Assembly (NCBI GenBank): GCA_951406725.2
Contig: OX597824.1
Coordinates: forward strand, 46,438,001-46,502,000
Direction of reading: 5' to 3'
Length of the DNA: 64,000 nt
DNA from: Octopus vulgaris
Lineage: Eukaryota
Shown piece by piece: positions 26,712-38,329 of the stretch (position 1 is the stretch's first letter; the number at the start of each line of letters is the position of its first letter). The translations under genes and the position numbers were made by a program. Under the pieces are notes generated by a model that was not told the DNA's origin, searched no databases, and saw only the letters and a list, made by a program, of their open reading frames with translations.

Positions 26712-27991
26712 CGAGGGGCGTTCAATAAGTGATGCCCCTGACCCACTTCTCATAGCAGTAGAGCAACGAAACATGGCACAGTTATTAGTCTTTTCCTACA
26801 TAGGAACCACCCAGAGTTATGCATTTCTCCCATCCTTTGATGTAGCTCTGGAGACCGTTTTTGTAGAAGACCCCAGCTTGGTCTGCCAATCACAGCGTGA
26901 CTTCAGAAATCAAGGCTGCATCATCTGGGAAATGCTTTCCTTTCAAAAACAACTTCATGGCTGGGAAGAGGTGAAACTCAGAGGGTGCAATGTCAGGAGA
27001 GTAGGGGGAGGAGTTCATAGCCATATGCCTGTGCTTCTGATCTGGCGACACGCGAGCTGTGGACCGGAGCGTTGTCCTGCAGGAAGAGGATGCCTTTGCT
27101 GATCTTGCCCTGCCTCTTCATTTTGATAGCTTCTCTTAATTTCCTCAAAAGTGAAGCATAATAGGCTCCTGTAATTGTGGTACCCTTTGCCAGGAAATCT
27201 GTCATCACTACTCCGTCCTGGTCCCAGAAGACTGAGAGCATGACCTTGCCAGCGGAGGGCTGCACCCTTGCCGTCTTTGGAGGAGGTGAGTCACGGTGCT
27301 TCCACTGCATTGACTGGGCTTTGGTCTCTGGATCATAGTGATGGACCCAGGTTTCATCCTGTGTAATCAGTCTTTTGAAAACGTTTGACTCATCTTCTTG
27401 GCACATCTCCAAATTCATCCTCGAGCACTCGACGCGTTCTTGCTTCTGGAAAGGCGTGAGCAACCTGGGAATCCATCTGGCAGACACCTTTTGCATATGC
27501 AAATGGTCATGAATGATAGTTTCCATAGACCCGGTACTAATCTTGACCTCATGGGCTATTTGGCGAATAGTTATGCGTCGATCTTCCCAAATGGCAGCCT
27601 CAACTTGACGGACAGATGCCTCATCAATGGCAGAAGGGGGGGGGGGGGGCGACCAGATCTGGGAGCTGTTTCCACAGAGTTTCGACTATGTTTGAATTCA
27701 CGATGCCAGTGTTTTACAAGGTCATACGATGGGGCATCATCACCTTAAGTTACTTTCATTTCATCAAAAGTCTCCCGTGGTGTGCGTCCTTTCAAATACA
27801 AAAACCGGATCACTGCTCGACACTCAACAAGCTCCATTTCACACTTGACTCAGTTCAAACACCTGTAAATCAGAAACCACAATTAGTTCAGAGCTGTAAT
27901 TTGCCACTTAATCTATAGAGATATAAATAATTGCACATGCAAAGTTTCAACTGCAAGTGGTTCAGGGGCATTACTTATTGAACGTGCCTCG
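26712..27991 (-). mobile_element. Full-length mariner (irritans-like) with inactivated transposase, inserted in (TA)n
   Basis: 30-bp TIRs cgaggggcgttcaataagtgatgcccctga (3 mismatches), TA TSD, 1280 bp. Transposase 27837-26785 has WIPRLL, ITQDETW, LQDNAP and YSPDIAPS motifs, one stop and frameshifts. Confidence 0.96.
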
Positions 27992-28013
27992 TATATATAT
28001 TTATATATATTTA

Positions 28014-28062
<49 letters not shown>

Positions 28063-28097
28063 GTATATATTTATATATATATATATATATATATATA

Positions 28098-28473
28098 CTC
28101 TTTACTCTCTTTTACTTGTTTCAGTCATTTGTCTGTGGCCATGCTGGAGCACCGCCTTTAGTCGAGCAAATCGACTTATTCTTTGTAAGCCTAGTACTTA
28201 CTCTATCGGTCTCTTTTGCCGAACCGCTAAGTTATGGGGATGTAAAATCACCAGCAACATATCAAGCGATGTTGGGGGGACAAACACAGACACACAAAAA
28301 CACACACATATATATATATATATACATATATACGACGGGCTTCTTTCAGTTTCCGTCTACCAGTTGGCTCGAGGCTATAGTGGAAGACACTTACCCAAGG
28401 TGCCATGCAGTGGGACTGAACCCAGAACCATGTGGTTGGTAAGCAAGCTACTTACCACACAGCCACTCCTGTG

Positions 28474-28475
<2 letters not shown>
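28098..28475 (-). mobile_element. tRNA-derived SINE embedded in (TA)n
   Basis: Same family as 19215-19612. Confidence 0.8.
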
Positions 28476-28534
<59 letters not shown>

Positions 28535-28761
28535 TATATATATTTATATATATATTTATTTATATATATTTATATATATATATTTATATATATATATTTA
28601 TATATATATTTATATATATTTATATATATATATATTTATTTATATATATTTATTTATATATATATTTATATATATTTATATATATTTATTTATATATATT
28701 TATTTATATATATATTTATTTATATATATATATATATATTCATTTATATATATATTTATAA

Positions 28762-29540
28762 AAGCAAGACCCTTCCTAGGAGTAGCCACCTGATTTTACC
28801 ATTTTTAAAGGACAAGAATCGTTTTCTATTGAAAGAACTGACCAGTTGCAAAGATGTAAACACATTTTTTTCTTCTTTATCTCTTCCTTCTTTCTTTTCT
28901 TCTCTTTTCCATTGACACTCCTTTCAGATACACAGCCCTGCCCCCACACTCACATGCACATACACAAACACACACACACACACAGTCTCTCACCAGACAA
29001 TGATATAAAGAATTCTACACAAATTGTTTTGAAAAACAAGACCCACTTGGAGTAGCCACCTGTTGTTACCATTTTTAAAGGACAAGAATCACTTTCTATT
29101 GAAAGAACTGACTAGCTGCAAAGATGTAAACCCATTTTTTCTTCTTTCTCTCTTCCTTCTCTCTTTTCTTCTCTTTTTCATTGACACTCCTTTCAGATAC
29201 ACAAGCACCCCCACACACACTCACACAGACACACACAAGCATACACACACACACGCACACTCTCTCTTTCTCTCTCACCAGGTAAAGATAAAAAGAAATC
29301 CAGACAATTTTTTTAAAAACAACATTTACCCCCCTTGGAGTAGCCACCTGGTTTTGCCATTTCTAAAGGCCAAGAATCACTTTCTATTGAAAGAACTAAC
29401 CAGCTATATAGAAGTAAACACAATTTTTTCTTCTTTCTCTCTTCCTTCTTCCTTTCCTTTTCTCTTCTCCATTGACACTTCCTTCAGATACAAAGGCACA
29501 CACACACATACACACATTCTCTCTCTCTCTCTCTCACTTT
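28762..29540 (+). repeat. Three tandem copies of a ~270-290 bp unit
   Basis: ggagtagccacctg at 28779, 29049 and 29337, each followed by a homologous body and a (CA)n tract. Confidence 0.9.
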
Positions 29541-29827
29541 CTCCCCATTCCTCACCCACTTTTACTATCCTATATCTCTCTCCACCCCTACACACTCAAT
29601 AATACTATAAAAAGAGACAAAAATCCTGAAAAAAAATAGAATCTGACGATTCCGCTAGAGTGGATGCAAGCACTAATATATGATTTATAAAAACATGTGA
29701 CATATTAATAAAAATCTGTAAATATAAAACCATCCAGATTTCTGAGTACCTTATTTCTCTTAATATATAATACCTGTACATCATCTCCAAACCTTCTTAT
29801 ATATTTATATATATTGATATATATATA

Positions 29828-30075
29828 TGGTTCCGGGTTCAGTCTTACTGCGTGGCACCTTGGGCAAGTGTCTTCTACTATAGCCTCGGGCTAACCAAAA
29901 CCTTGTGAGTGGACTTGGTTAGCAGAAACTGAAAGAAGCCCGTTGTATATATGTATATATATATGTGTGTGTTTGTGCGTCTGTATTTGTCCCCCCAACA
30001 TCGCTTGACAACTGATGTTGGTGTGTTTATGTCCCCGTAACTTAGCGGTTGGACAAAAGTGACTGATAGAATAAG
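29828..30075 (+). mobile_element. tRNA-derived SINE, truncated
   Basis: ggttccgggttcagtc...gcgtggcaccttgggcaagtgtcttctactatagcc. Confidence 0.8.
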
Positions 30076-30355
30076 TGTGTGTGTGTTCGAAATGCGGAGT
30101 AGATGAAACAAGGACAACAGAAGAAGGGGAATATTCTTTGTGTTGTATGTCTTGTACTCTGTTTTTTCGTTGTTTGAAAAAAAGTTCGTTTCTATGTTTT
30201 TGCGTTCGTTTCTCATTGTGTTCAACGTTTTTTGATGTCCTGTACCCATATATGCATCTACAAGGACACGCATGTGAAAAGTAATGATGCACGCATAAAC
30301 ATCTAGGAACTAAAGACTCATGTTCACACATATGGTAAATACATATGCATACACC

Positions 30356-31003
30356 TGGAGTGAAAATAAAAGATTGTGGAAATTGAAAATGCCTGAGAGC
30401 TAAAATGTTGCTATATTTAATTACTAGAAAAATGCTATATTTTCGTTGAGATCAATTAAGGACATTTACTCCCTCAAGTCCCCTAAACTCCGAAAATAGG
30501 TGATTTTTGTATTTTTTTTTTACAATAGCGGAGTTTGTGGGATTTAAGGGAGTAAATGCCTTTGACTGATCTAAGCAAAAATTTAGCTTTTTCTAATAAT
30601 AATACATAGCAAGATTTTAGGCCTCAGGCATTTTCAATTTCCTCAATTTTTTTATTTTCACTCCACCCTAGGTTACACAATCTATATACCTGCATGCACA
30701 TATGTGTGTTAGGTTGGAGTGAAAATAAAAAAAAATCGTGGAAATTGAAAATGCTCGAGGCATTGTCTATATCTTATGACTAGAAAAATGCAAAATTTTC
30801 GCTTAAGGGCATTAACTCCCTCAAACCCCGATATTGAAAAAATTTACAAAAATACCCCATTTCGGAGTTTAGGGGACTTGACGGAGTAAATGTCCTTGAT
30901 TGATCTCAGTGAAATTTTAGAATTTTTCTAGTAATCAAATATAGCAACATTTTAGCCCTCAGACATTTTCAATTACCACGTTTTTTTTTTTCACTCCACC
31001 CTA
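30356..31003. mobile_element. Two adjacent foldback MITE copies (30356-30670, 30710-31003)
   Basis: Each copy is a long imperfect palindrome, tggagtgaaaataaa...tttcactccacccta. Confidence 0.8.
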
Positions 31004-31239
31004 CTGCATATATACATACATCAACTCAACTACATATTTCGAACCTCGGAAACCATCTTAACTCAAAAAGTCTTGCTACTTTGTTAGCGCCCAGCTTGAA
31101 TACCATTAGAGAACTTAAATCTCAAAGAAATACCTACATACAGACTTATGTATGTATCTTTGAAAAGATATATATATATATATGTGTGTGTGTGTATCTT
31201 TCAGAGTTTATTTCAGATACGAAGTATATGTATGTATGT

Positions 31240-31575
31240 AGGTAACACCAGCGTCCTCTCAACGATTAGCCAGAGATGATTTTGAAAAATGAGAATATCT
31301 GAAATAAACTCGACTGCTCTCACAAACGAGAATACTAAAAATGAACCCGACTGCTCTCAAAAATTAAGTTAAAAAACCAGAACAATAATCCAGAATCCTT
31401 GTCCGGAACCAGATCGATCCCAAAATCTAATCAGTTCGTGCCAGTCACGAGGCCAAACATCCTTGAAAGTTTCATCCGAATCCATCCAGCGGTTCTTGAG
31501 CTATCTTGTGCACGGAAAACAAACAAACACGACTGAAAACAATACCTCCGCCTTAGCGAAGGCAGAGGTAATAAT
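31240..31575. mobile_element. Probable Helentron-associated (DINE-1/HINE-like) non-autonomous element
   Basis: Terminal hairpin tacctccgcctt-agcg-aaggcagaggta (31543-31570) with an adjacent (AAAC)n tract and aagtttcatccgaatccatccagc core. Confidence 0.55.
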
Positions 31576-34524
31576 AAACGGAGATGTTAAAAAACGCTAT
31601 CTCACAGTGCAGGATGACTATGTTACCGTGAATAAAAATTAGTTTTGTAATTCAATCGTGAAGTTGAAATCTTCAATAATAAAATGTTTCAAAGTTACAT
31701 TTTGATAAAAATATATTTAAATTGGAACTTATAAGAATTTTCGATATAGTGTAGACTTACACTTATTTTGTTTTAGTAAAAGTTACATACTCCAAATTAA
31801 TTAATAAGCAGCTTTCTTATAGCACAGGTTCATTAGAAAAACGGCGAGTTTAAAAGAAATATAGCTCCCTAACAAAACACAAGCAGCGACACAACAAACG
31901 TAGAGAACACATCATCATTTGATCTACCCACTTTTCAGCAAAAATATAATACCGAATATTGCTAGAAATTTCTTAGTCCTAATGAAATACAAGTATCATA
32001 ATATAAAGATTTGTCATGGTTAACTTTTGCTGTACGGAAAATACCAGCACTATACCAATGTATACAGGGCTAATCAAAATAATATACATGTAGCTGAATG
32101 TAATTCCACGTCTAAAGATCTCTCTGTTTAACGAGAAATGTTTAGGCAAAGCAATTATGTGCACAGTAAAAGTAATTCCCCAAATGAGTAGCGTAGAAAT
32201 GAAAAATGGTATTCTGGTATGGACGAAGGCTGCGCCAAAGACCATATCCTCATCAGTAAGTCCATTTTCAGAAATGAGGAAAACAAGAAACGATAAAGCT
32301 ATGTTCAAATGAGTATAGACATTGATAGACCGAAGTGCTGACTACTTGTGTATTGTTTAAATGGTTATTGAAAATGTGACGCCCTACATAAATAGAGCAA
32401 GTTGATTATAACTCTGCACTGCTTAGAACTATAATACCCAATCTAACTAATATTGTAAATAAAAGAGCTGAGAAAATGTTCGAACACAATCTCGATAACA
32501 AATTTTAATAACTAAATACAAAGGCGAAATAAAAATCAAATTGAAGCAAACAAAAAGTGGTCATCCCTGTAGAGTAACCAGAAACTTATAATCTATGTTC
32601 CCTTGCATCACTAAACAGCAACAATAGTTCCGTTCTAATTTTTCAGTTGGTTGTTTAAACTGTTCTATGGTTTGCAGCTTTGATCAGAACGGGTTTTAAT
32701 TCAAGCGTTTTATAATAAATTCTGTTAGTTTGTGGTTAGGTCTGAACTATGTGGTGTCATATTTCAAGAGCTTTTTAAAGACGTATTCACTTATCCAACA
32801 ATTCGGGTGTCTGATTACTGTATCATAGTGTATATTTCATTCATCTGATGAAGTATGTTCGGCTCGAAATTTGATGTAGTGGGAAAATGGTTAAAATTTC
32901 ACAATAAAAAATGCATCAGTTTGCTCTACCAAACGCATAGATACTCTGTGTTCGTAAGAATGATTGTAAACACACGCGCACAGACATATGTTTGTGTATG
33001 TATATGGAAGGTAACTTTCTCGATATTATTTCATTTTAAGCAAGCCATTTTTTTTCCTGCCCAAATTACTTTTGTTACATTTGCATTTCAGGCGGATAGA
33101 CGTGTGCATCATTATGCATACCGTAGCTTCTTACAGAAGATTATAATTTATCTTGATTTGCTTTTATTTGAATCAGTGAATCACTATACATTTTGAATGG
33201 CAAAACACATTTTACAGTTGAGCAGCAGACTTCCACTGTCTGTTGACGTATCTGATATGTTAATGTAACTGAAGAAACCGGGAAAAATTCTTTTCGTTTA
33301 AGTTTTCCAGTGAAGCAAATACCTAGGTTTGTTAGTGATTAAAGCAGAGAGGTGCAAAGAAAAGTGTTTAGGTGGCGGGGGAGGATTTATTTACGAGATA
33401 TAACTTTATTACCGTTTATAAAAGTAGAAAATTGGAATTTGTGATGTTTATGTTTCCCCAAAAGAAGTAAAATAGCTACATCCATGAGTCAAAGTTTACA
33501 TTGTATATTATTCTGTATATAAATACATTTGTGTGAATACATATACCATGATCCGTTGGATCATAATGGCATCCTAAATCTAAAGTCAATCCATCTGGCA
33601 GATTCCATCGCCTTTCAAGTGGTATTGCAAGTTAACTAATTCTTCGTTTGTTTATGGAGTTCCTGTTGCTAATAGCATGCAGCTAGGTTGACTGGGCAAT
33701 GCAAGAGCTAATTTAGTTATTATTAATTATTAAACCATTTTTAAAACTTGATGTTTAATAAGGAAATCTTGATAAGTTAGTAATAACAAAATAAAGCACT
33801 TTTTCTGATGTTTTTTTCTTTTCGCTCTTTTTTTTTGTTTTGAACAAAAAATTCCATGCCATATTTGTTTCCTACTAGCCATTTGAAAGATATTCGAGTA
33901 AAATCTTGCGCGAATTTCAGAGTATTTTATTTAATTTTATTTATCACATTTTAAAACAAAAAATATTTTCATTAATCTTAGGATTGTATCGAACAGCTGC
34001 CCTTACATGTAAGACGAATCTAGATGTCAGCCGGGTTTATTGTTAACATCGACATGTCACTTTCCTCTTGCAGGAAAAGGAAGTTAACTTTTCTCTGTTT
34101 GATGACAGCGGCTAAAGGGTTATATGGCAGACTCGTCTGAAAGGGTTGATGACAGACATTTCTCCATCAGGCTGAGCTCTCATCAATCTCTTGAAGTACC
34201 ATTCGAAGAGGAAGGGAAGGTGGAAAGGGAGGTGCTGTCTTTTAGTTTGTTTATCGAAAATGGATGAGAATGACAAGAATGTTGAGTCTGAACGGGTCTA
34301 CTCTGAGTATACTTTTCTAAGTAGAAAAAAAGAAACTAAGTGGGAAGAAAGAAACGATTTTTAAATATTTTCATCTTTATTGTTTCGTTCAGCTTTAAGG
34401 CAAAAAAATTTTTTACGAAATATTAAAAGTCAACGATCCAGACGACTTGGCTCCGTACTTTCCCAGTATAATCCAAGAGGTCCTCACAGAAGATTTTGGA
34501 TTCTTCAGCTATAAACAATACTAG

Positions 34525-34793
34525 TGCGGTGTCGGTGGAGAGGACGACAGATAAGGGAGGGCGGAAGTAGGGCTTGCAGGGACCCGGTAAAAGACTGGAG
34601 GGCGCATGCGCGGGGGAAGTGGAAGCGGTCAACGAGCACGCACGTGTGGCGATCAACGAAGGGGCAGTTGGAGCTGAGACGAGGAAGCGACGAGACGCAT
34701 TGACTTTGTTGAGAGAGATCTGATCTTCGCTGAGGTAAGGCCCGTTGTATTTCCTTCTCTTTTTCTGTTGTCCTCTTCATCCGTCACTCTACA
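34525..34793 (+). repeat. 5' LTR
   Basis: Direct repeat of 37906-38174; 8 substitutions counted by eye, no indels. Confidence 0.97.
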
Positions 34794-34805
34794 AGCTATT
34801 TCGGC
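34794..34805 (+). promoter_or_regulatory. Putative primer-binding site complementary to the 5' end (nt 1-12) of tRNA-Phe
   Basis: AGCTATTTCGGC directly abuts the LTR; it is the reverse complement of GCCGAAATAGCT. Confidence 0.7.
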
Positions 34806-34828
34806 GTTATAAAAAAAAAAAAAAACCA

Positions 34829-35587
34829 ATGATGAGTGCCCGTATTTCGCACGACATGATACAACCGTTTTGCGGCGACACGGATGTAGTCGCTTGGTTG
34901 AAGAAAGTGAAGTTGGTGGCGAAGCTCCATGGTATAAGTAACCTGGCGAGCTTCATGCCGCTGTACTTGGATGGTCCGACATTGGCGTTGTACCTAGAGA
35001 TGGAGGAGACAGACCAACTCAGCGCGGAGAAAGTGGAAATCCGGTTGATGGAAGCCTTTGCGGAGGGAATGTTTGAGGCATACGCTCGCCTGGGTAGAAC
35101 AAGATGGACTGGGGAACAGGTGGATGTGTTTGCCAATGAACTTAGGAGATTGGCTAAACTGGCGGGTTATGAGGGAGAGTCGCTGGACCGGACGGTTAGG
35201 TTGGCGTTCGTGACTGGCTTTCCTGACAACATGTCGGTCGAGCTACAGCAGCTTCCGAATATTCATGCGATGCCGATGGCGGACATCATATCTCGGGCAC
35301 GTGTATTAGTTTCGTGCAGTAGAAGGACGTCGGTAGCAGCGACTGCAACATCGAAAAGTGGCCGAGCTAGGAGCAGCGGAGAGGGGCCAAAGAAAGAACG
35401 TGTGCGACCGTTCAAAGGACAGTGTTTCCGGTGCCAAGGTCCGCACATGGTGCGTGACTGCGAGTCACCCAAGCCTGAAGTGATTTGCTACCGGTGTCGA
35501 GAACCGGGGCATATAGCCAGCGAGTGCCTGCGGGGAAACGGACTGAGGGAGACTACTGCGCCGGTAGTTGTCCCTTCGGATCAGTAG
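34829..35587 (+). CDS. gag: Gag with two CCHC zinc knuckles, ORF intact
   Basis: CFRCQGPHMVRDC and CYRCREPGHIASEC; ATG at 34829. Confidence 0.9.
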   Translation: MMSARISHDMIQPFCGDTDVVAWLKKVKLVAKLHGISNLASFMPLYLDGPTLALYLEMEETDQLSAEKVEIRLMEAFAEGMFEAYARLGRTRWTGEQVDVFANELRRLAKLAGYEGESLDRTVRLAFVTGFPDNMSVELQQLPNIHAMPMADIISRARVLVSCSRRTSVAATATSKSGRARSSGEGPKKERVRPFKGQCFRCQGPHMVRDCESPKPEVICYRCREPGHIASECLRGNGLRETTAPVVVPSDQ

Positions 35588-35593
35588 AGGCGC
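35533..35593 (+). promoter_or_regulatory. -1 ribosomal frameshift signal (G GGA AAC plus hairpin/pseudoknot)
   Basis: Heptamer in the correct gag phase within the gag/pro overlap; stem agggagactac/gtagttgtccct follows about 6 nt later. Confidence 0.8.
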
Positions 35594-37839
35594 GTTTATC
35601 GTCGCTACCTGTGGTCGACATTCTGGTGGAGGGGAAGATGTCGCGAGCCCTTGTGGACACGGGCTGTACGACAACCCTGATGACTACAGAAGTGGCAGAG
35701 ACGTGGAGTGGAGAAAGCAGTGTTAGAGCTGTCGACGGAAGAAAAGTACACTGCGAAGGGGTTACAGATGCGCGGATTGCAGTGCAGGGACTACAGCTGA
35801 CGCTGCGAGCGATTGTGGTTGGTCACTTGGTGGACGAGATCGACGTGGTGATGGGGATGGATGCAATCACCCGCTTGGGAGGTGTCACCGTTAACGAGGC
35901 TGGTGTAACATTTGGGTTAGCGGGGAAACCGTGTAGGGTGAGACCATGCACCGGCGACAACCGTGAGGAAAGGCAAGCTGCGCACACCATTGAAGACCAG
36001 GATTTTCGGCTGTCTTTGATGGCAAGAGGTGGAAAGTGGAGTGGCACTGGAAGGGAGAGCCCCCGATGTTAAAGAATAAAGTGGGCTGCTATCAGCATAC
36101 TCTAAAAGGAGATGCCAGAAGTGAGTTCGAGGGGGAGGTGGAGCGGTGGATTAAGGAGGGCATATTGATCCCTTGGGAAAAAGAAGAGAGCGGAGTCCTG
36201 CCACTGATGGCGGTGATACAGCCCACAAAGCTGGCCAGTGCTTGACTTCCGAGAGCTGAATGACCACGTATCGTGTCGTACAAGCGGCGAGGCCACGGAT
36301 GTCTGTGGAGACACCTTGCGAGAGTGGAGGCAGATGACAGGGGCCTCCCCGATTGTTGATTTGAAGTCGGCATAACTACAGGTGCATGTGGCTGAGAAAT
36401 TGTGGAAGTACCAGCTCGTCAGGTATAAGGGCCGGACGTACTGTCTGACCAGGTTGGGGTTCGGGCTGAATTCAGCGCCAAAGATTATGGCAACAATTCT
36501 CAAGGCCATCCTGGGAAAGGTGGACAGAGTAAAAAGGGCCACCAATTCGTACATCGATGACATTCTGGTGGATGAAACTGTAATACCAGCAACGGAGGTC
36601 ATAGGCCACCTGAAGAGTTTTGGACTGATCGCCAAGCCACCAGAGGCAATGGAGGGAGGTGCTGCACTGGGCCTCAAGCTATGGAGAGACAAGGCCGGCG
36701 CGTTGGTGTTCCGGCGAGGGAATGAGGTCCCTGAACTGGGCGCCAGCATGAATAAACGGGAACTGTTCTCTGTCTGTGTGAAGCTGGTGGGACACTACCC
36801 GATTGCAGGTTGGCTCCGGACAGCATGTAGCTTCATCAAGAGACGAGCCGAAGGAGTGAAGTGGAATGATAGAGTGGGGGAGAAGACGATCGACATGATG
36901 CAGGAAGTCTTGGTCAGAGTATACCGTCTGAGCGACTCGGAGTTGCGGAGACTGCATACCAGCATCACATGGGTGTGGACAGGACATTGTTCCTAGCCAG
37001 AAAAGTTGACTCCGATGTATCAAGACAGAGCGTGCAGAGAGTGGTTAGCAGTTGTGACAGGTGCCAGTCCATCGACCCTGCTCCGGGCGTACATGAAGCG
37101 GGAAGTATTCCAGTGGACCATGACTGGAAACGACTGGCGGTGGACATAACACACTACCGGCAGGGGACATACCTCTCAATGGTTGACTGCGGACCGGGGC
37201 GGTTGGCCATATGGAGGGAGATGAAGACGAGGACTGCAGAAGAAATTGTGAAAGTATGCTTGATGGTGGAAGGTCAACCGCTTCTTCAGGGCGGCATACC
37301 GGCCAAGTGGAAATGGGCTGGTGGAAAGGCATCATCGTACCATCAAGGCCATGGCAGAGAGGGGTCACATTTCACCAATCGAGGCTGTATTTTGGTACAA
37401 TATGTCGCCCAGATCAGGACAGGATGAGGAGTCGGTGCCACACAGGGCGATATTCAGGTACGAGTGGAGGCATCCGTGTACTGCATCAATGCGACCCGGG
37501 GCAGAGGAAGAGCACGCCTTCGTGCAGGTTGGAGAAGAAGTTTGGGTAAAACCCCCAAACGCACGGTGTACATCACAATGGGGAAAGGGGACAATAATCT
37601 CTGTAAATTCAAAGAATAACATCTCGGTCGATGGTATGCCACGCCACGTTTTGGATATACGGAGGATTGTCCATGCCTCAGAGGATGGGACCAGCAGCAG
37701 CGGGCAAGATGAAAACAACACCAGTAGACAGGATGATGAGGCCAGCGGCAACATACCAGAAACCAGTCCTAGGGTCGCACTGCGACCACAGAGGGAACGA
37801 CACCCTCCTCCCTGGTTGGCTGATTATGAAACCAGTTAA
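35540..37839 (+). pseudogene. pol: pol (protease, RT, integrase), frameshifted; RNase H and part of the IN core not seen
   Basis: LVDTGC; DLKSA; LGFGLNSAP; YIDD; HH...CDRC; LAVDITH; GNGLVERHHRTIK. Confidence 0.9.
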
Positions 37840-37905
37840 GGTGTGAGTTCGGGAGCGCGGAGTGAGTGAGAAAGCCGGTTCAGTGATCTGTAGATCAGAG
37901 GGGCG

Positions 37906-38174
37906 TGTGGTGTCGGTGGAGAGGACGACAGATAAGGGAAGGCGGAAGTAGGGCTTGCAGGGACCCGGTGAAATACTGAAGGGCGCATGCGCGGGGGAAG
38001 CGGAAGCGGTCAACGAGCACGCACGTGTGGCGATCAACGAAGGGGCAGTTGGAGTTGAGACGAGGAAGCGACGAGACGCATTGACTTTGTTGAGAGAGAT
38101 CTGATCTTCGCTGAGGTAAGGCCCGTTGTATTTCCTTCTCTTTTTCTGTTGTCCTCTTCATCCGTCACACTACA
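37906..38174 (+). repeat. 3' LTR
   Basis: tgtggtgt...acactaca followed by the TSD actag. Confidence 0.97.
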
Positions 38175-38329
38175 ACTAGAAAACAAGTAGAGCGCAAGTG
38201 TAGTTAGAAACTTCAGGTACTCTAATTAATACAAGTGGACGTTCAATTTTTATAGAAAATTCTTGATTTAATTGTTTATATGTTTTTTTAAAAAATTATT
38301 TTGTGTATATATCTGCACTTCATAAATTG

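Larger units (their letters stand above)
34525..38174 (+). mobile_element. LTR retrotransposon (PR-RT-IN order, Gypsy-like), internally deleted, recent
   Basis: 269-bp TG...CA LTRs, 5-bp TSD ACTAG on both sides, gag and fragmented pol, short purine tract agagggg just before the 3' LTR. Confidence 0.97.

Noticed and set aside
32840-32880. CTGATGA...GAAA hammerhead-like core
   Set aside because: No convincing stem II or stem III, no NUH triplet and no PLE context.
34423-34780. Minus-strand ORFs duplicated at 37678-38161
   Set aside because: Chance ORFs across the two LTR copies.
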